Shown: in pieces, positions 25,664-37,915 of the stretch
Layout: each line of letters opens with the position of its first letter
Numbering within the stretch: the first letter of the stretch is position 1
Origin: Haliotis rubra
Taxonomy: Eukaryota
Length of the DNA: 64,000 nucleotides
Assembly (NCBI RefSeq): GCF_003918875.1
Contig: NW_025766002.1
Coordinates: 2,232,001-2,296,000, forward strand
Direction of reading: 5' to 3'
Made by a program: the position numbers and the translations under genes
Notes under the pieces: model-generated
Database searches by the model: none
What the model saw: only the letters and a program-made list of their open reading frames with translations
Told to the model about the DNA's origin: nothing

Positions 25664-26815
25664 TCACCAGCCAAGGATGTGGCTGTACTCAGTTCGAACT
25701 TTGTCCCTTTCTTCTACTGGGGGAAGTGCTGGGACAATGCCTTTCTTCTTTCTGTCCGTCATGATGCGGCTCTGAAAATGATGGTAAAGGTTTTTCTTAT
25801 ACGCTAGAACTCGATCGATCGATCGAGAGAGAGAGAGAGGCTGATACTATTGACACACCATCTGGCTAAATGATTCTTTCTCATATCCTAGAGTATTGCA
25901 ATGCACCATCATGAATATATTGGTAAATGATTGATGATAATTTCTTACAGTCCTAAGTGATTTTCTTCATGATTTATGCTAATAACTGACAAGTTTGAAA
26001 ACTGCATAAACATGATTAGCAATTAACATAGACATAATCTACAAGTTAAAACTCTGATTGTCAATAGAGTTTCTTGTTAATGATATTCCAAAAGTTTTAC
26101 ATAACAGGCATACCCAAAATTCCCTGCAGTTTCTGTAATTCTGGAAACACTTGGAGCACTTCTCTCTGTCATACCCATTGTCATCCAAGCATTTATATGA
26201 CATTTTTTGTTCCTGTTGAAAGAAAACAAAATTCCACCATTAGAAATTATATTAATATGTTTGTCTATCAAATAGAGAAAATATATATTGATTCATTACT
26301 GTAATTTAAAGCATGACATCGCTGACCTGTTTCATGCTGCTGAACAGTGTTCTAGCCACATCATGGTGTACGACCAGAACATACTTTAGGATATAAAAGT
26401 TACATGATAAATATGGGAGTATTGCACACTTTACCAGACACAGATACTTTAGATAGGGCTGTGTGGAGGATCAAAATTATTTTGCCAGTTTGGAGTTATC
26501 CTGGAATACTGGTTTAATCAAATTAGCCAACACTTTGCAACATTTCGAGAAGAGACAGTTACAGACGGGTCAGTTTTCGCTAAGTCATGCCCAAAATATA
26601 ACGTCGGATTATATGTGTTTGGAAATCATACAATTTCTGACTTCCCGATTACTTGCACTACAACAACTTGAACAAGAGGCTGAAGAGCACAGAAGAGGTG
26701 TGGGTTTCACACACATTGTATTTATGATGGGTTGTTTTGTAAGATAAACTGAGCGACAGGTTAAGTTGTTCAAGTGAGCAGCGAGAAAACAATGTCGAAT
26801 GTTTCGCAAACCCAT
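25664..26815 (-). CDS. Unknown 112-aa protein; exons 26815-26642, 26383-26327, 25771-25664
   Basis: Three exons joined by phase-0 GT-AG junctions with an open frame; good acceptors; C-terminus SRIMTDRKKKGIVPALPPVEERDKVRTEYSHILGW. The first donor (GAA|gtcaga) is weak. Confidence 0.55.
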
Positions 26816-26865
26816 AACACGAGGGTATTTTTATGGGTTTGAAGCAACGAATGTACTGTCACCGT

Positions 26866-26929
26866 TAGCCTAGAGCCGCGATGCGGTCCTATACGGTCAA
26901 GTACAGGAACGCATCGCGGCTCTCGGCTA
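26866..26929. mobile_element. 64-bp palindromic MITE, TAG...CTA ends
   Basis: Same family as 4490-4554. Confidence 0.7.
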
Positions 26930-29794
26930 CGTCAGTGATAGCGTCAGACCGTACCGTCATACAAGGGTTCTTGTCAGCTGATGCTTGTCTTGTAGATCGA
27001 TCAATTTTGTTTTGTCTCTCATTTTCGTTAATGGCACGTCCACCCGTGGAAGTCATTTTAGAAATACGCTGCAAATATCAGATAAATTTCAATGCAAACA
27101 AATCAACACAGGTCCTTCGTGCGCGCTGACATTTTGTTTTTGTAAAGAAAGTATCAAGTAAAACTAATGTTAGTTATATTGCATTTCAAATGTAGGGCAA
27201 ATATCTTTGAGGTAATGTCAACTTTTCTGCAATAAAGATAATTTACAAAATACTGATATGTGATCAGAATAGCTAAGTTGTTACAGAACAGTCGTAAATA
27301 TCTAAAAACATAGAGTGACATAAACCTTCGACAAAATGTGTTGTCTGACAATCATTTGGCTGGTTGCGGGTGTACAAACTCTACTCCAACGCGTATAACA
27401 CATTTCATCTTGTGACACTGAACGAAGCGGTCTGCGATATCGGTGTTCGGAGCTTTATGCGAGGGGTTTTCCCGACCCACAATACTTTGTCAGTAATGGC
27501 GTCGCCAGACAAGGTTGGAAATTGTGCAGACCATGAAATAGATGAGGTTTGTGCTCAGATATTACTCATTTACGCAGTTTGAATTGCGGATTTTGTAAAA
27601 TTATCGTTTTCAGCACCTAGATATCCCTCTTTCAAACTACATATTGATATGGAAACCACACTTTTGTAATGTTACGTTTTGCGTAGAACCTTGCGAGGGC
27701 CTCCAGGTAACTGTTTCTTCAGAAGTTAGGTCACAGTAATGAATTTCCATGTGTACTGTGACCTTATTATGTTGAGTCAACTGTCACAGTACGCCAGTGT
27801 GGTTACAGTATGATTGTAAGAAAAAGCATGCTGTCAATGGGTTGAGATAAACAATGGAGTTATTCAGCTTTCTTTATTTTGACAAACATATTTTATTTGA
27901 AATTTAATTGAAAACTTTCAAATTCAAGTGTAGAACCTGGAGTAGAGTAAGTGACACTGAAACATATATACCGTATCTTTTTTATCAATTATCACAGACC
28001 TGTTATGTTGCAACTTACCAAAAGGCAATGATAATCTTCATAATAAAAAGCAACTTTGCTACATGATGATGAAAAAAAATAATTTTCTTTTCATTTTAAG
28101 AGGAGTGAAAATTGGACAATGTTTATATCCTTATAAAAATGAGGAAATGTGAACAATAGGGTGAAACAGTTTTATTTTTCTTTCATCTGAAATCTCTGTT
28201 ATTAACTGCTGTTATCTTAGTTTTAATCAGAACTTATGAAAGGTCTAGACTTTGTCTTAGTTAATTCCTTATTTTTAGTAGTCTTCACTAAGTATACACA
28301 AGCATTCACAATTTTCCCAACACCTCTGTAGGTGTAGAATTACGTGTGAACTAATTTTGCTAGTAAATGTCTTTTTGTGAGAGGATTCTATGAATTAATC
28401 GGAATGGAGTTGTCTCTCATATCATGCATTTGATCAGCTGGATAATTACACAAACAAAAAAGGAAGAATTAATTGCCTCTCTTTCCACAACTGATGATAA
28501 GACAGAGTATTATTCCAGATATCCAACTATTTTACATGCTTACGGTCAAAACAATATACTTACTTGGGCTGTTACGAGTCACATACGTATTCAGTGAATT
28601 GAACCGTATCTCTTTATGAATTCAATTTGCTATTTGCGTTAACTACACTATAATATTCATAAATATTGTTAAAAGGAGTGTTTTTACTTGAACTGGAGTG
28701 TTATTTATCCAAACATGATCTGCAAAAAGGAATATATCCCAGCCTGGCAGGATAGTAGCCTGTTTGTGAAGATATGGTCAGTCCATCATGTCGCTTCTGT
28801 TTAACTGAAATGCATGAGTAACAACACAAGTATGACAACACAAACATTGCCATTAGCATCAGTCAAGGACATTTTATGTTTCATTTCCATAGTTAAGAAA
28901 AGATTTCCAGCATCAGTATTAAGTGACTATCATGTGTATGGCATTATTTTGCCTTTAAGACTTTTCATTTTGTATGGCCATTCTAGTGTATTGAGATACC
29001 TCTTTTCTAATCTTATTGCACACCCCAAAATATTAAACTTTTGAAATTAACTCAAATCCATTTATGCTTTACACCTACTGCCATGTCTTCCTGTGCATTT
29101 TAAGGCTTCACTTCAATCCTTTCCAAATGAAGTTATGGCTTGAGTGAGCAGGAGAGAACAATCATGGTCAAAATGTGAGTGTAACTGAAATGCTGAAATA
29201 TACAATGATAAAATGGATTCAAAACACAATGCTGAAAATGAAATTCTTCGCTTACAAATTTCTGTAAATGATTAAAATGTAGAAGGTGGAATAGGAAAAA
29301 CAGGTCATAAAATTGGTCTAATTGTCATGATAATTAAGTTATGCTGGCCTCATCTATTCCAAACAATTAAAAAGCAAATTGGTAGCTAATTGTTGATTGT
29401 CTGCTACTAGCAATGTTATGCATGCGATTTCTGTGCTGAATGTCATTCTGATGACTGGCTGATTGTGTTATTATTTATGATAGCAGCCGTAAGTGTCACT
29501 GTGACAGACAGTCTTATACTTGTTCTGCCGTGTCTGTTGTTTGAACTTTCGGCAGTCAGGCATGATAAAATGTGTGCAGAAATTTGGCAATTATTATCAT
29601 TGTACATATTGAGAATATTCACTGCTTATCTAATACTTTATGTTATGTTTTTAAGAAACAATATTTGCATACTACATGTACCATGATTTTTCAGTGTAGT
29701 TTGATTTCACTATATTGTGCAGTGTTCTTACACTTTCAGGACATCTCCAGCTGAGCAGTCATGTCAAGATGAGGTCTGATTCTAACTGATAACC

Positions 29795-32700
29795 ATGGCG
29801 GAGCAGATTCTTCAAGCCGTTCAGGATGTTAACAATGTTGGGTCTTTAGCAGAAGTTGATGCTGTTGTGACCGACTTCCCTGCTGTTGAAGTAGAGGTCC
29901 ATGCGAAGGCCATCCATGAGATCGGAGGTTTGCAGACACTGACAGCAGTGATGACTGAAGCTGAAAACAGTGGGATGGAGGCAGACGCTCTGCTTCCAAA
30001 CAATATAGTCAAGGAGGTCACTCAAGGTCATTCTCACAGGGACTTGGAAGGACAGGAAGGTGTTGATCCTAAAATGCAGATTCTCATTTCTAATGATGAC
30101 AGAGAAAATACTGCTGTATATTTAGTGGATTACAATTACTCGGACAAAGATATGAAGGATCAGATTGTTTCAGGACTGACTGACTCTAGAACGATTAATG
30201 TTTCATTGAAATCTGAAGAGCAGAAATCGGACCAGCTCTCCAGTCAGGAACATCAGCCCTCAGGGTCCTCAGTTGAATGTGGGTCACCTGCTGAGTGTGA
30301 CTCATCAGCTGAAGGTTCCGCCAAGACAGCATCTCCACAGCAAGAAGACAATAGACAGGTCAACCTGGGTGTGTCAGGGACAGGAAAGGTGGAATCTCAC
30401 AACACACGATCTCAACAGGAACTTCTACAGCATGTGGAACTTAGGGGAAAGGATGCAGCTGTTACTCGCTCTGGAAGAAGAGCTGCGAGGTCACCCCAGC
30501 GGAATCTTTTATGTGAGAAATATGGGGCATGTTTTAACCTGATTCCTATGCTTAATGTATCAGTTACATGTTAGAAGTTGTGACCGTTAACCAGCATGAC
30601 GAGTCTTCCGAGGTTTGGATGTACATGTGTTTCTTGTGACTCAGGGACATGGGTGTCTCAGTAGTCTTAATCTCCTTATCTTGCTGGGTTGCTTCCCTTA
30701 GCCATGCCAGGGGCTATGGGGTAGCCTAGTGGTTAAAACATCTGCTCATCATGCCAAAGACCTGGGTTCGATTCCCCACAAAGGTTCAATGTGTGAAGCC
30801 CATTTCTGGTGTCCCCAGGCATGATATTGCTGGGATATTGATAAAAATAGCGTAAAACCCAACTCACTCACTCACTTAGCCATACCAGGATCCTCTTTTA
30901 TATGGGAGCCAGATTTGCCCTAATTGTGTTCTTTTGATTGTCCTTGATTATTTTCCATCTCTGTAGGTTAGTTTCATTGAAATGGTAAAGATCTGTTAGA
31001 CAAGCCCCCTTGTATGTGTTATTTCAAACACTGGAGTTTCCGTATCAATGAATACTTGTACAATGTGTGAAGTCCATTTCTGGTGTCCCCCGCTGTGAAT
31101 ATTGCTAAAAGTGGTATATAACATCCCTCCATCCATCACTCACTCACTCATTTCATCCCTTGTGCTGAGGTTGACCAGTTATGTCAATATTTTAATAGTA
31201 TTTATAGATTTGATTAAAACATGTTGAATCACAATCTGTTGATATATGTTACCGTTTGTGTCTGTGTATTACTGTTGTAATTTGGTATGTTGCACACCCG
31301 TGAAGGTCTGGGTTAGAATTGATCTTCAGTAACCCATGCTTGTCGTAAGAAGCGACTAACAGGATCGGGTGGTCAGGTTCACTGACTTGGTTGACACATG
31401 TCATCGGTTCACAATTGCGCAGATCGATGCTCATGCTGTTGATCACTGGATTGTCTGGTCCAGAGTCGATTATTTACAGACCGCCACCATATAGCTGGAA
31501 TATTGCTGAGTGCGGCGTAAAACTAAACTCACTCACTGGTATGTTGCAGGGTGTCAAGACTGTGGCAAGAGCAATGTCGGCCATTGTCGGAAACATGGCT
31601 CCCTGATTACTGTTCCTGACTCACACGTCCCGACATATGCTCGACTTACGCTGCCATCTGTGCTGGTTATTAAAGTTGGTAGGTAAACGCTGTTCCCACT
31701 GACAAATGTCTGTATATGAAACTTGTACGTGAGGAAGTTGACAAACAAACCTTTGGTGGTAGACAGCTTGGTCCAACAAGTATAAACACAATGGCCTCTA
31801 ACATGATAAAAAGGGATAAGAAAACAATCATAGACACATTAGTTTTCATTTTCTGAATGAGTACTTTTTATTTGACATATTGTGTTCTGTGTGATTTTCA
31901 GGTAGTAAAGGGGAAGGTGTCTTTGCCAAAAAATACATAAAGGCACGCACTCAGTTTGGTCCACTCAAGGCTCCATTCTGTACAGATACAAGCAAGTCAG
32001 ACAAAGGACACTCCGACTTTTACCTTAAGGTATGTTGTAATAAAAATAACCTCTCATAACTAACTTTGAGATACCGGGGTCATATTTGAAAATGTTTGTG
32101 CCGGCTTTGTCAAGGGGGTTAACTCTGCTTGACTTGATTTTATTCAGATGTACTGTTCAATATATGAAGTTCATATGCCTATTAGTGATGAGTATGACAT
32201 CGAGCCTGGCACCAAAGTTAGTAAGATCAGTTTCTGTTGATATATCAATAACAGAACCTACCTATGGTTATGGCACCTGTGGGGGCGGTGTGGTAGCCTA
32301 GTGGTTAAAGTGTTCACCCGTCAAGCCGAAGACTCGGGTTTGATTCCCCACATGGGTACAATATGTGAAGTCCATTTCTGGTGTCCCCCGCCATGATATT
32401 GCTGGAATATTGCTAAAAGCGGCGTAGAACTCACTCACTCACTGTTGCATGTGTCTGTTACTTGTGTTATGAGACAACTGAATTGAATCCAGTAAATCAG
32501 AGTCTGAGACTTGTGTGTCATCGTCACCACAGCGATGTGGAATAGTGTTCACTGACATCTCCGGCACTCATCATAATGTGTGTGTACATTGCAGGGCTAT
32601 GACAGTGATGACGACATGTTGCTGTATGACTTGAGCAGCGAGGCGGAGTGTAACTGGATGATGTTTGTGCAGCCGGCCCAGACCTATACTGACCAGAACA

Positions 32701-35700
32701 TGGCCGCTTATGTGTATGACCGTATGGTCTACTATACAACCATCAAGGTAACAACAACACTGTTGATTCCCTATTCTAAAGTGAAGTTGACTGTACACCA
32801 TCTTTTACCATGTTTGTGTAACAATTAAATATATAGAGGATACTAAATGATCTTTATTTACTAAATCATTTTTATTAAACGAGTTAATGATTTGGTATTG
32901 ATACTAAATCTTTCACAAGTTTGATAAAAATTGTATTTCATGGAAGCGAGTTTAGTATTTTGTTTATTACTCTCCAACATAAAATGATAGAAACTGCCTA
33001 CAGTGTGATGACTCTCAGCTTTCTGCGAGTCAAGCAAGGTCTCATACCTCTGTGACAGAGGTATTAGCATTGTGACGTCATAACTGTAAATCGTTATGAC
33101 ATCATACGTCTAGCGGTATTACACTAGTGTAATATTGCCGTAAAAATATTACACTGCAGTATCTTTCATGGGCGGGTAATAATGATGGATATAATAATTT
33201 GTTGTTGTGCCCTTCTTGTACAACTCTGGTTTGTGTTGTTATTTACATGACACTGGTGTTTTACCATATCTGAACTACTGCTGACTTGCTCATGAAACAT
33301 AACAGTAATTCGTCTTGGTGAAAATAATACATATATGGCATGCAGTATGGCGAATATTATGATGTAGAATGGCTAATGTCATGCAGATATATCATTGCTA
33401 ATGTTATGAAGGTGTGTTGTTATAAAGGTGTGGTATGTTATGCTCTGGTTTGTTATGAGTAAGTGAGTTAGTGAGTCTAGTTTTATGACGTTTTTAGCAA
33501 TATTTCAGCAATTTTAGCAGGGTTTTACGCGATTCAGAAATGTGTGTCCAGTGTATAGAATGGACACAGAAATATACATATACTGTGTCCCCTGGAATGC
33601 ACAATTACTAGTATATTCACTGTTCACAATTTGTTACAAGAAATATCTAGTTCCTGTAATCAAGGTAATCTTTAAACCTTACAGTACAGTCTGCCACATG
33701 ATTCCATCACTTTACAGGACACTCATATTCCCTGTAAGGACCCTGGAATTAGTACGTTTGGTAAAATCTTGACCCCACTGCCCCTGGTATGTCATGAATG
33801 TGTGGTATGTTATGGAGGTGTGGTATGTCATGAATGTGTGGTATGTTATGGAGGTGTGGTATGTTTATGGAGGTGTGGTATGTTATGGAGGTGTGGTATG
33901 TCATGAATGTGTGGTATGTTATGGAGGTGTGGTTAGTCATGAAGGTGTACTATGTCATGAAGGTGTGGTATGTCATGAAGGTGTGGTATGTCATGAAGGT
34001 GTACTATGTTATGAAGGTGTGGTATGTTATGAAGGTGTGGTATGTTATGAAAGTGTGGTATGTCATGAAGGTGTGGTATGTCATGAAGGTGTGGTATGTT
34101 ATGAAGGTTTGGTATGTCATGAAGGTGTGGTATGTTATGGAGGTGTGGTATGTCATGAAGGTGTGGTATGTCATGAAGGTGTGGTATGTTATGAAGGTTT
34201 GGTATGTCATGAAGGTGTGGTATGTCATGGAGGTGTGGTATGTCATGATGGTTTGGTGTGTCATGAAGCTGGGTATGTCATGGAGGTGTGGTATGTCATG
34301 ATGGTTTGGTATGTTATGAAGGTTTGGTATGTCATGAAGGTGTGGTATGTCATGGAGGTGTGGTATGTCATGAAAGTGTGGTATGTCATGAAGGTTTGGT
34401 ATGTCATGAAGGTTTGGTATGTCATGGAGGTGTGGTATGTCATGAAAGTTTGGTATGTCATGAAAGTGTGGTATGTTATGAAGGTGTGGTATGTCATGAA
34501 GGTATGGTATGTCATGGAGGTGTGGTATGTCATGAAGGTGTGTGGTATGTCATGAAGGTGTGGGGTATGTCATGAAGGTTTGGTATGTTATGGAGGTGTG
34601 GTATGTTATGGAGGTGTGGTATGTTATGAATGTGTGGTATGTTATGAAGGTGTACTATGTTATGAAGGTGTGGTATGTTATGGAGGTGTATGTTATGAAG
34701 GTGTGGTATGTTATGAAGGTGTGGTATGTCATGAAGATATAATGCATTATGAAGGTGTGGTACATTATGAAGGTATATTGTTTTGCAGCCGATAGAGTAT
34801 GGGAAGGAGTTGAAGGTGTGGTATGCTGCAGACTATGCAGTGAAGATCGGCATGTCTCTGTTCACTGATGTCCAACAGGAGACAGGGACAGACAAAGGGA
34901 AGCAGGGGAAGCAACACAAAGGAGGTCAGTATCCGCTGGAATCGGGTCCGTCATTGTTACTTCTTCATTTCTTTACTAAGACAAATAAATTGAATGCTGG
35001 TGTGTAATAATTCTCCATCAGTCTCATTAATTTATGTTCCATTTTGATATGATATTTCTCTGCATGAACAGACACAAGACACAGACACCCTTACCCCCCA
35101 AAAAATAATAATAGAAGAAAGGAAGTTGCATCAAGTTTTGAATCAACTAACAAACATCAAGAGTTCTAAATTCTTATATAAACGAGAATGTGTTCAGAGC
35201 AGCAAATGTGAGTTCCTAAGAGTCTTTGTCAGGATATAGTTTCTAACTGATATTACAGGAGTGTGTTATCTGCATTATCTTTGTTTTCACAACTGTTTCA
35301 ATATAATTACCGCCTCCGTGGTGTAGTGGTTATAGCGTCCGCCCGCAGAGCGGAAGGTCGCGGGTTCGATCCCTGACCGCGTCATGCCAAAAGACGTTAA
35401 AATATGGTACTTGTTGGTCCCTGCCTGGTGCTCGGCATTAATGGGTACAACAAGGACTGGTTGGCTCGGAGTCAGTATAATGTTTCTGAGTGGGGTATCC
35501 ATGCTTCACTGCGGCATGGTATCTCAGTGGGCTAGCACTATAAAACCAGCTTAAATCTGGGCTAGTACAAGCAGCCGCACATACACACGCATGCACGTCG
35601 TCATATGAGCGAAATATTCTCAAGAACGACATTACATCCAATTTCACCTCACCTCACCTTCAATTATAATTACATATCACACAATACACAGTGTAACACT

Positions 35701-37648
35701 TGTTTCAGATGATAACATGACAACCCCGCCGGAATTGGAGGTGGATGTAGCAGACAACACTGATGATGAGTTCCAAGTAGCGGAAAATGAAGACGGTGAC
35801 AGTTCATCGGACAGTTACAGTGGGACGCACTGCATCTCGTGTGACACTCAGTTCAAGACCAAAACCCAGCTGTTCAGCCACTCCTGTACCCCGAGGAAGA
35901 CGTCCAGCAAGAGGAAGAGAGGCTCCGGCTCCACCAGGCGGAAAGGCAGTCCCAGGAAGCTGGCCCTAGATGATGATGAGGACGATGATGTGGATGATGA
36001 CGACGAGGAGTATGAGGTAGAGGTCAAGGCCAAGAAAAGCAAGAGGAAGGCAGGACGGAAGTCACAAAATCGATCGAAAGGTAAAACCAAGCGGAAAAGG
36101 AGGGAGAGTAGTGAGAAGAAGAAATATGCGAGAACACCCAAGTTTTCTTGTTCATATTGCCCAGAACAGTTTGCGGCCGAAGACTTTTATCGGGCACATG
36201 AAGCTTCTCACACTGGGAAAAGCGCTTACACTTGTGATGTACCTGACTGTGGGAAGGGCTTTGTGACCAAATTCACTCATTGGAGGCACATGTTGTCTCA
36301 CCGTAAACCCATGAACAGACAGTGTCCATATTGTGATAAGGCATTCAACAGAATGGACCACCTAAAGACTCATCTCAAGACTCACGATCAACATCGGTTT
36401 TCATATCTATGTGACAAATGTGGAAAGTCTTACTTACATAAAAACACCTACGACTATCACATGGCCTTGCATGAAGCCAAAGAAGGCGTGTCTCTTGTGT
36501 GTATGATATGTTCCGCCAAGTATGAAACCAAAGAGCATCTTATCAAACATACACTCACCCACAATAGATACAAGTCTCTTGTTGATACACCCAAGAAACA
36601 TGCGTGTCCAATATGTAATAGAATGTTTGGGACAAATAAGGATGTGAAAAGACACATGGTTGTGCACACTAAAGAGAAGTGTTTTCTTTGTGAGTTATGT
36701 CCTCAGACGTTTGGGAGGAAAGATCATCTACACAGGCATTATAAAACTAACCATTGTAAAGAAGCTAAAAAGGAGAAGCCGGTTGAAGGAGAACAAGTGT
36801 TCAGTTGTCAGCATTGCCCGGAGATATTTCCAAAGAAGAAGCTGCTGACGAACCACGTAAGGTATACACACGAACAGACCATGAGACAACAGCTTCCGGA
36901 GGGAGATGAACATCCACTAGCGCAAGCTGCTGGTGATATCACAGAGGCAGCTGTGACGTCGTCTTCTTACAACCTGTACACCCTCTCCACACCACAGCTC
37001 AACTCCAACAACCCCGTAGCTGTGGCTCCCAATCAGGCAGCTAAAGCATTAGAGCGGTACATCAACACCAACGTGACCACCTCCAGCAATGTGATAACAC
37101 CTCAGACTGTCATGGAGGTGTCTGCTCCAGTGACCTTCATCAACGGCCAGACCAACATGCCCGTAACTGTGATGCCCCAAGGAAGGGAGTGTCCAGATCA
37201 GCTTCAGCAGGTGAAGGATCGACCAGTGTTCCAAGATCAAATGGCACCTCAGCGACAGACTCGACCAATGCCATGGTCGTTCACTGTCATAGAGGAGAGA
37301 GATGACCACAGTTATTCCACAGCACCAGCTCCTGCCTGGACTCCTAAAGTGCCAAACTTTCGTCAAGGGGGAACGTCTGTCGCCGAAGTGGAGACTGCTC
37401 GGTTGCTTCAGTCTGCGCAGACGTCTCATGGCTCTTTCTCAGGACAGTGCAATAACGCCACCACAATGGCTGTGGCCTGGGACACCATGACGGAGTATTT
37501 TGCTGTCCAGCCATGCAATAACATTACAGAGGTCGTGACATCCAACAGTATCGTACAGCAGACGCAAGCCCAGCAGATCACTCAGAACATGGCTCATATT
37601 CCCAGAGGTCATCTCCAGCAAGGCCATGCCCACCATCAAGCTCAATGA
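29795..37648 (+). CDS. PR/SET-domain zinc-finger protein with a PLAG-type C2H2 array, 1067 aa; exons 29795-30512, 31550-31678, 31902-32029, 32595-32747, 34789-34924, 35709-37648
   Basis: In-phase GT-AG junctions (3204 nt). Zinc knuckle WCQDC..C.KHG; PR motifs [28 protein letters not shown]; eight C2H2 fingers in the last exon plus an upstream C2HC-like finger. Confidence 0.92.
30710..30875 (+). mobile_element. SINE family 1
   Basis: Consensus match; TSD TTAGCCAT(G/A)CCAGG. Confidence 0.85.
31295..31536 (+). mobile_element. SINE family 2, full length
   Basis: 12-bp TSD TGGTATGTTGCA (31283-31294, 31537-31548); 3' tail shared with family 1. Confidence 0.9.
32281..32443 (+). mobile_element. SINE family 1
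   Basis: Consensus match with (ACTC)n tail. Confidence 0.85.
33786..34780. repeat. Intronic minisatellite, 18-bp unit ATGAAGGTGTGGTATGT(C/T), about 55 copies
   Basis: Directly visible; a few detached units at about 33405-33442. Confidence 0.97.
35309..35660 (+). mobile_element. V-SINE-like element (family 3), full length
   Basis: tRNA head with A/B boxes, V-domain-like GTCATGCCAAAAGACGTTAAAATATGGTAC...CCTGCCTGG, (CACCT)n tail. Confidence 0.85.
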
Positions 37649-37915
37649 AACTACCTTCACTTAATCTTAAGGGTTAAAGGTGCTAAAACTATAAGCTGAT
37701 GACATACTGTAGATATTTGTAACTTTAATAATCATAAATAGCTTATCTGTCATTCGTCATTAGCAGAATAAAGACCTTACCTGAAGAAGATGCTGCTTAT
37801 TCAATTTGGGTCAATCACTGTGTTATTTCATACCCAAATATTTTGAATATTCAACAATATTCAGTAGTTGTACAATCTGTCTATGTGACCTTTTTTAAGA
37901 TAGGGAAGATAGGTA

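Noticed and set aside
31295-31371. Calling the family 2 head an HDV-like ribozyme or classical H-type pseudoknot
   Set aside because: No P3/L3/P1.1 arrangement, and linkers of 0 and 1 nt prevent both full helices forming at once. Kept only as an unclassified structure.
33749-34795. Long ORFs (MKVWYV)n, (CHEGVV)n, (MTYHTF)n
   Set aside because: By-products of a stop-poor 18-bp repeat inside an intron of the PR gene.
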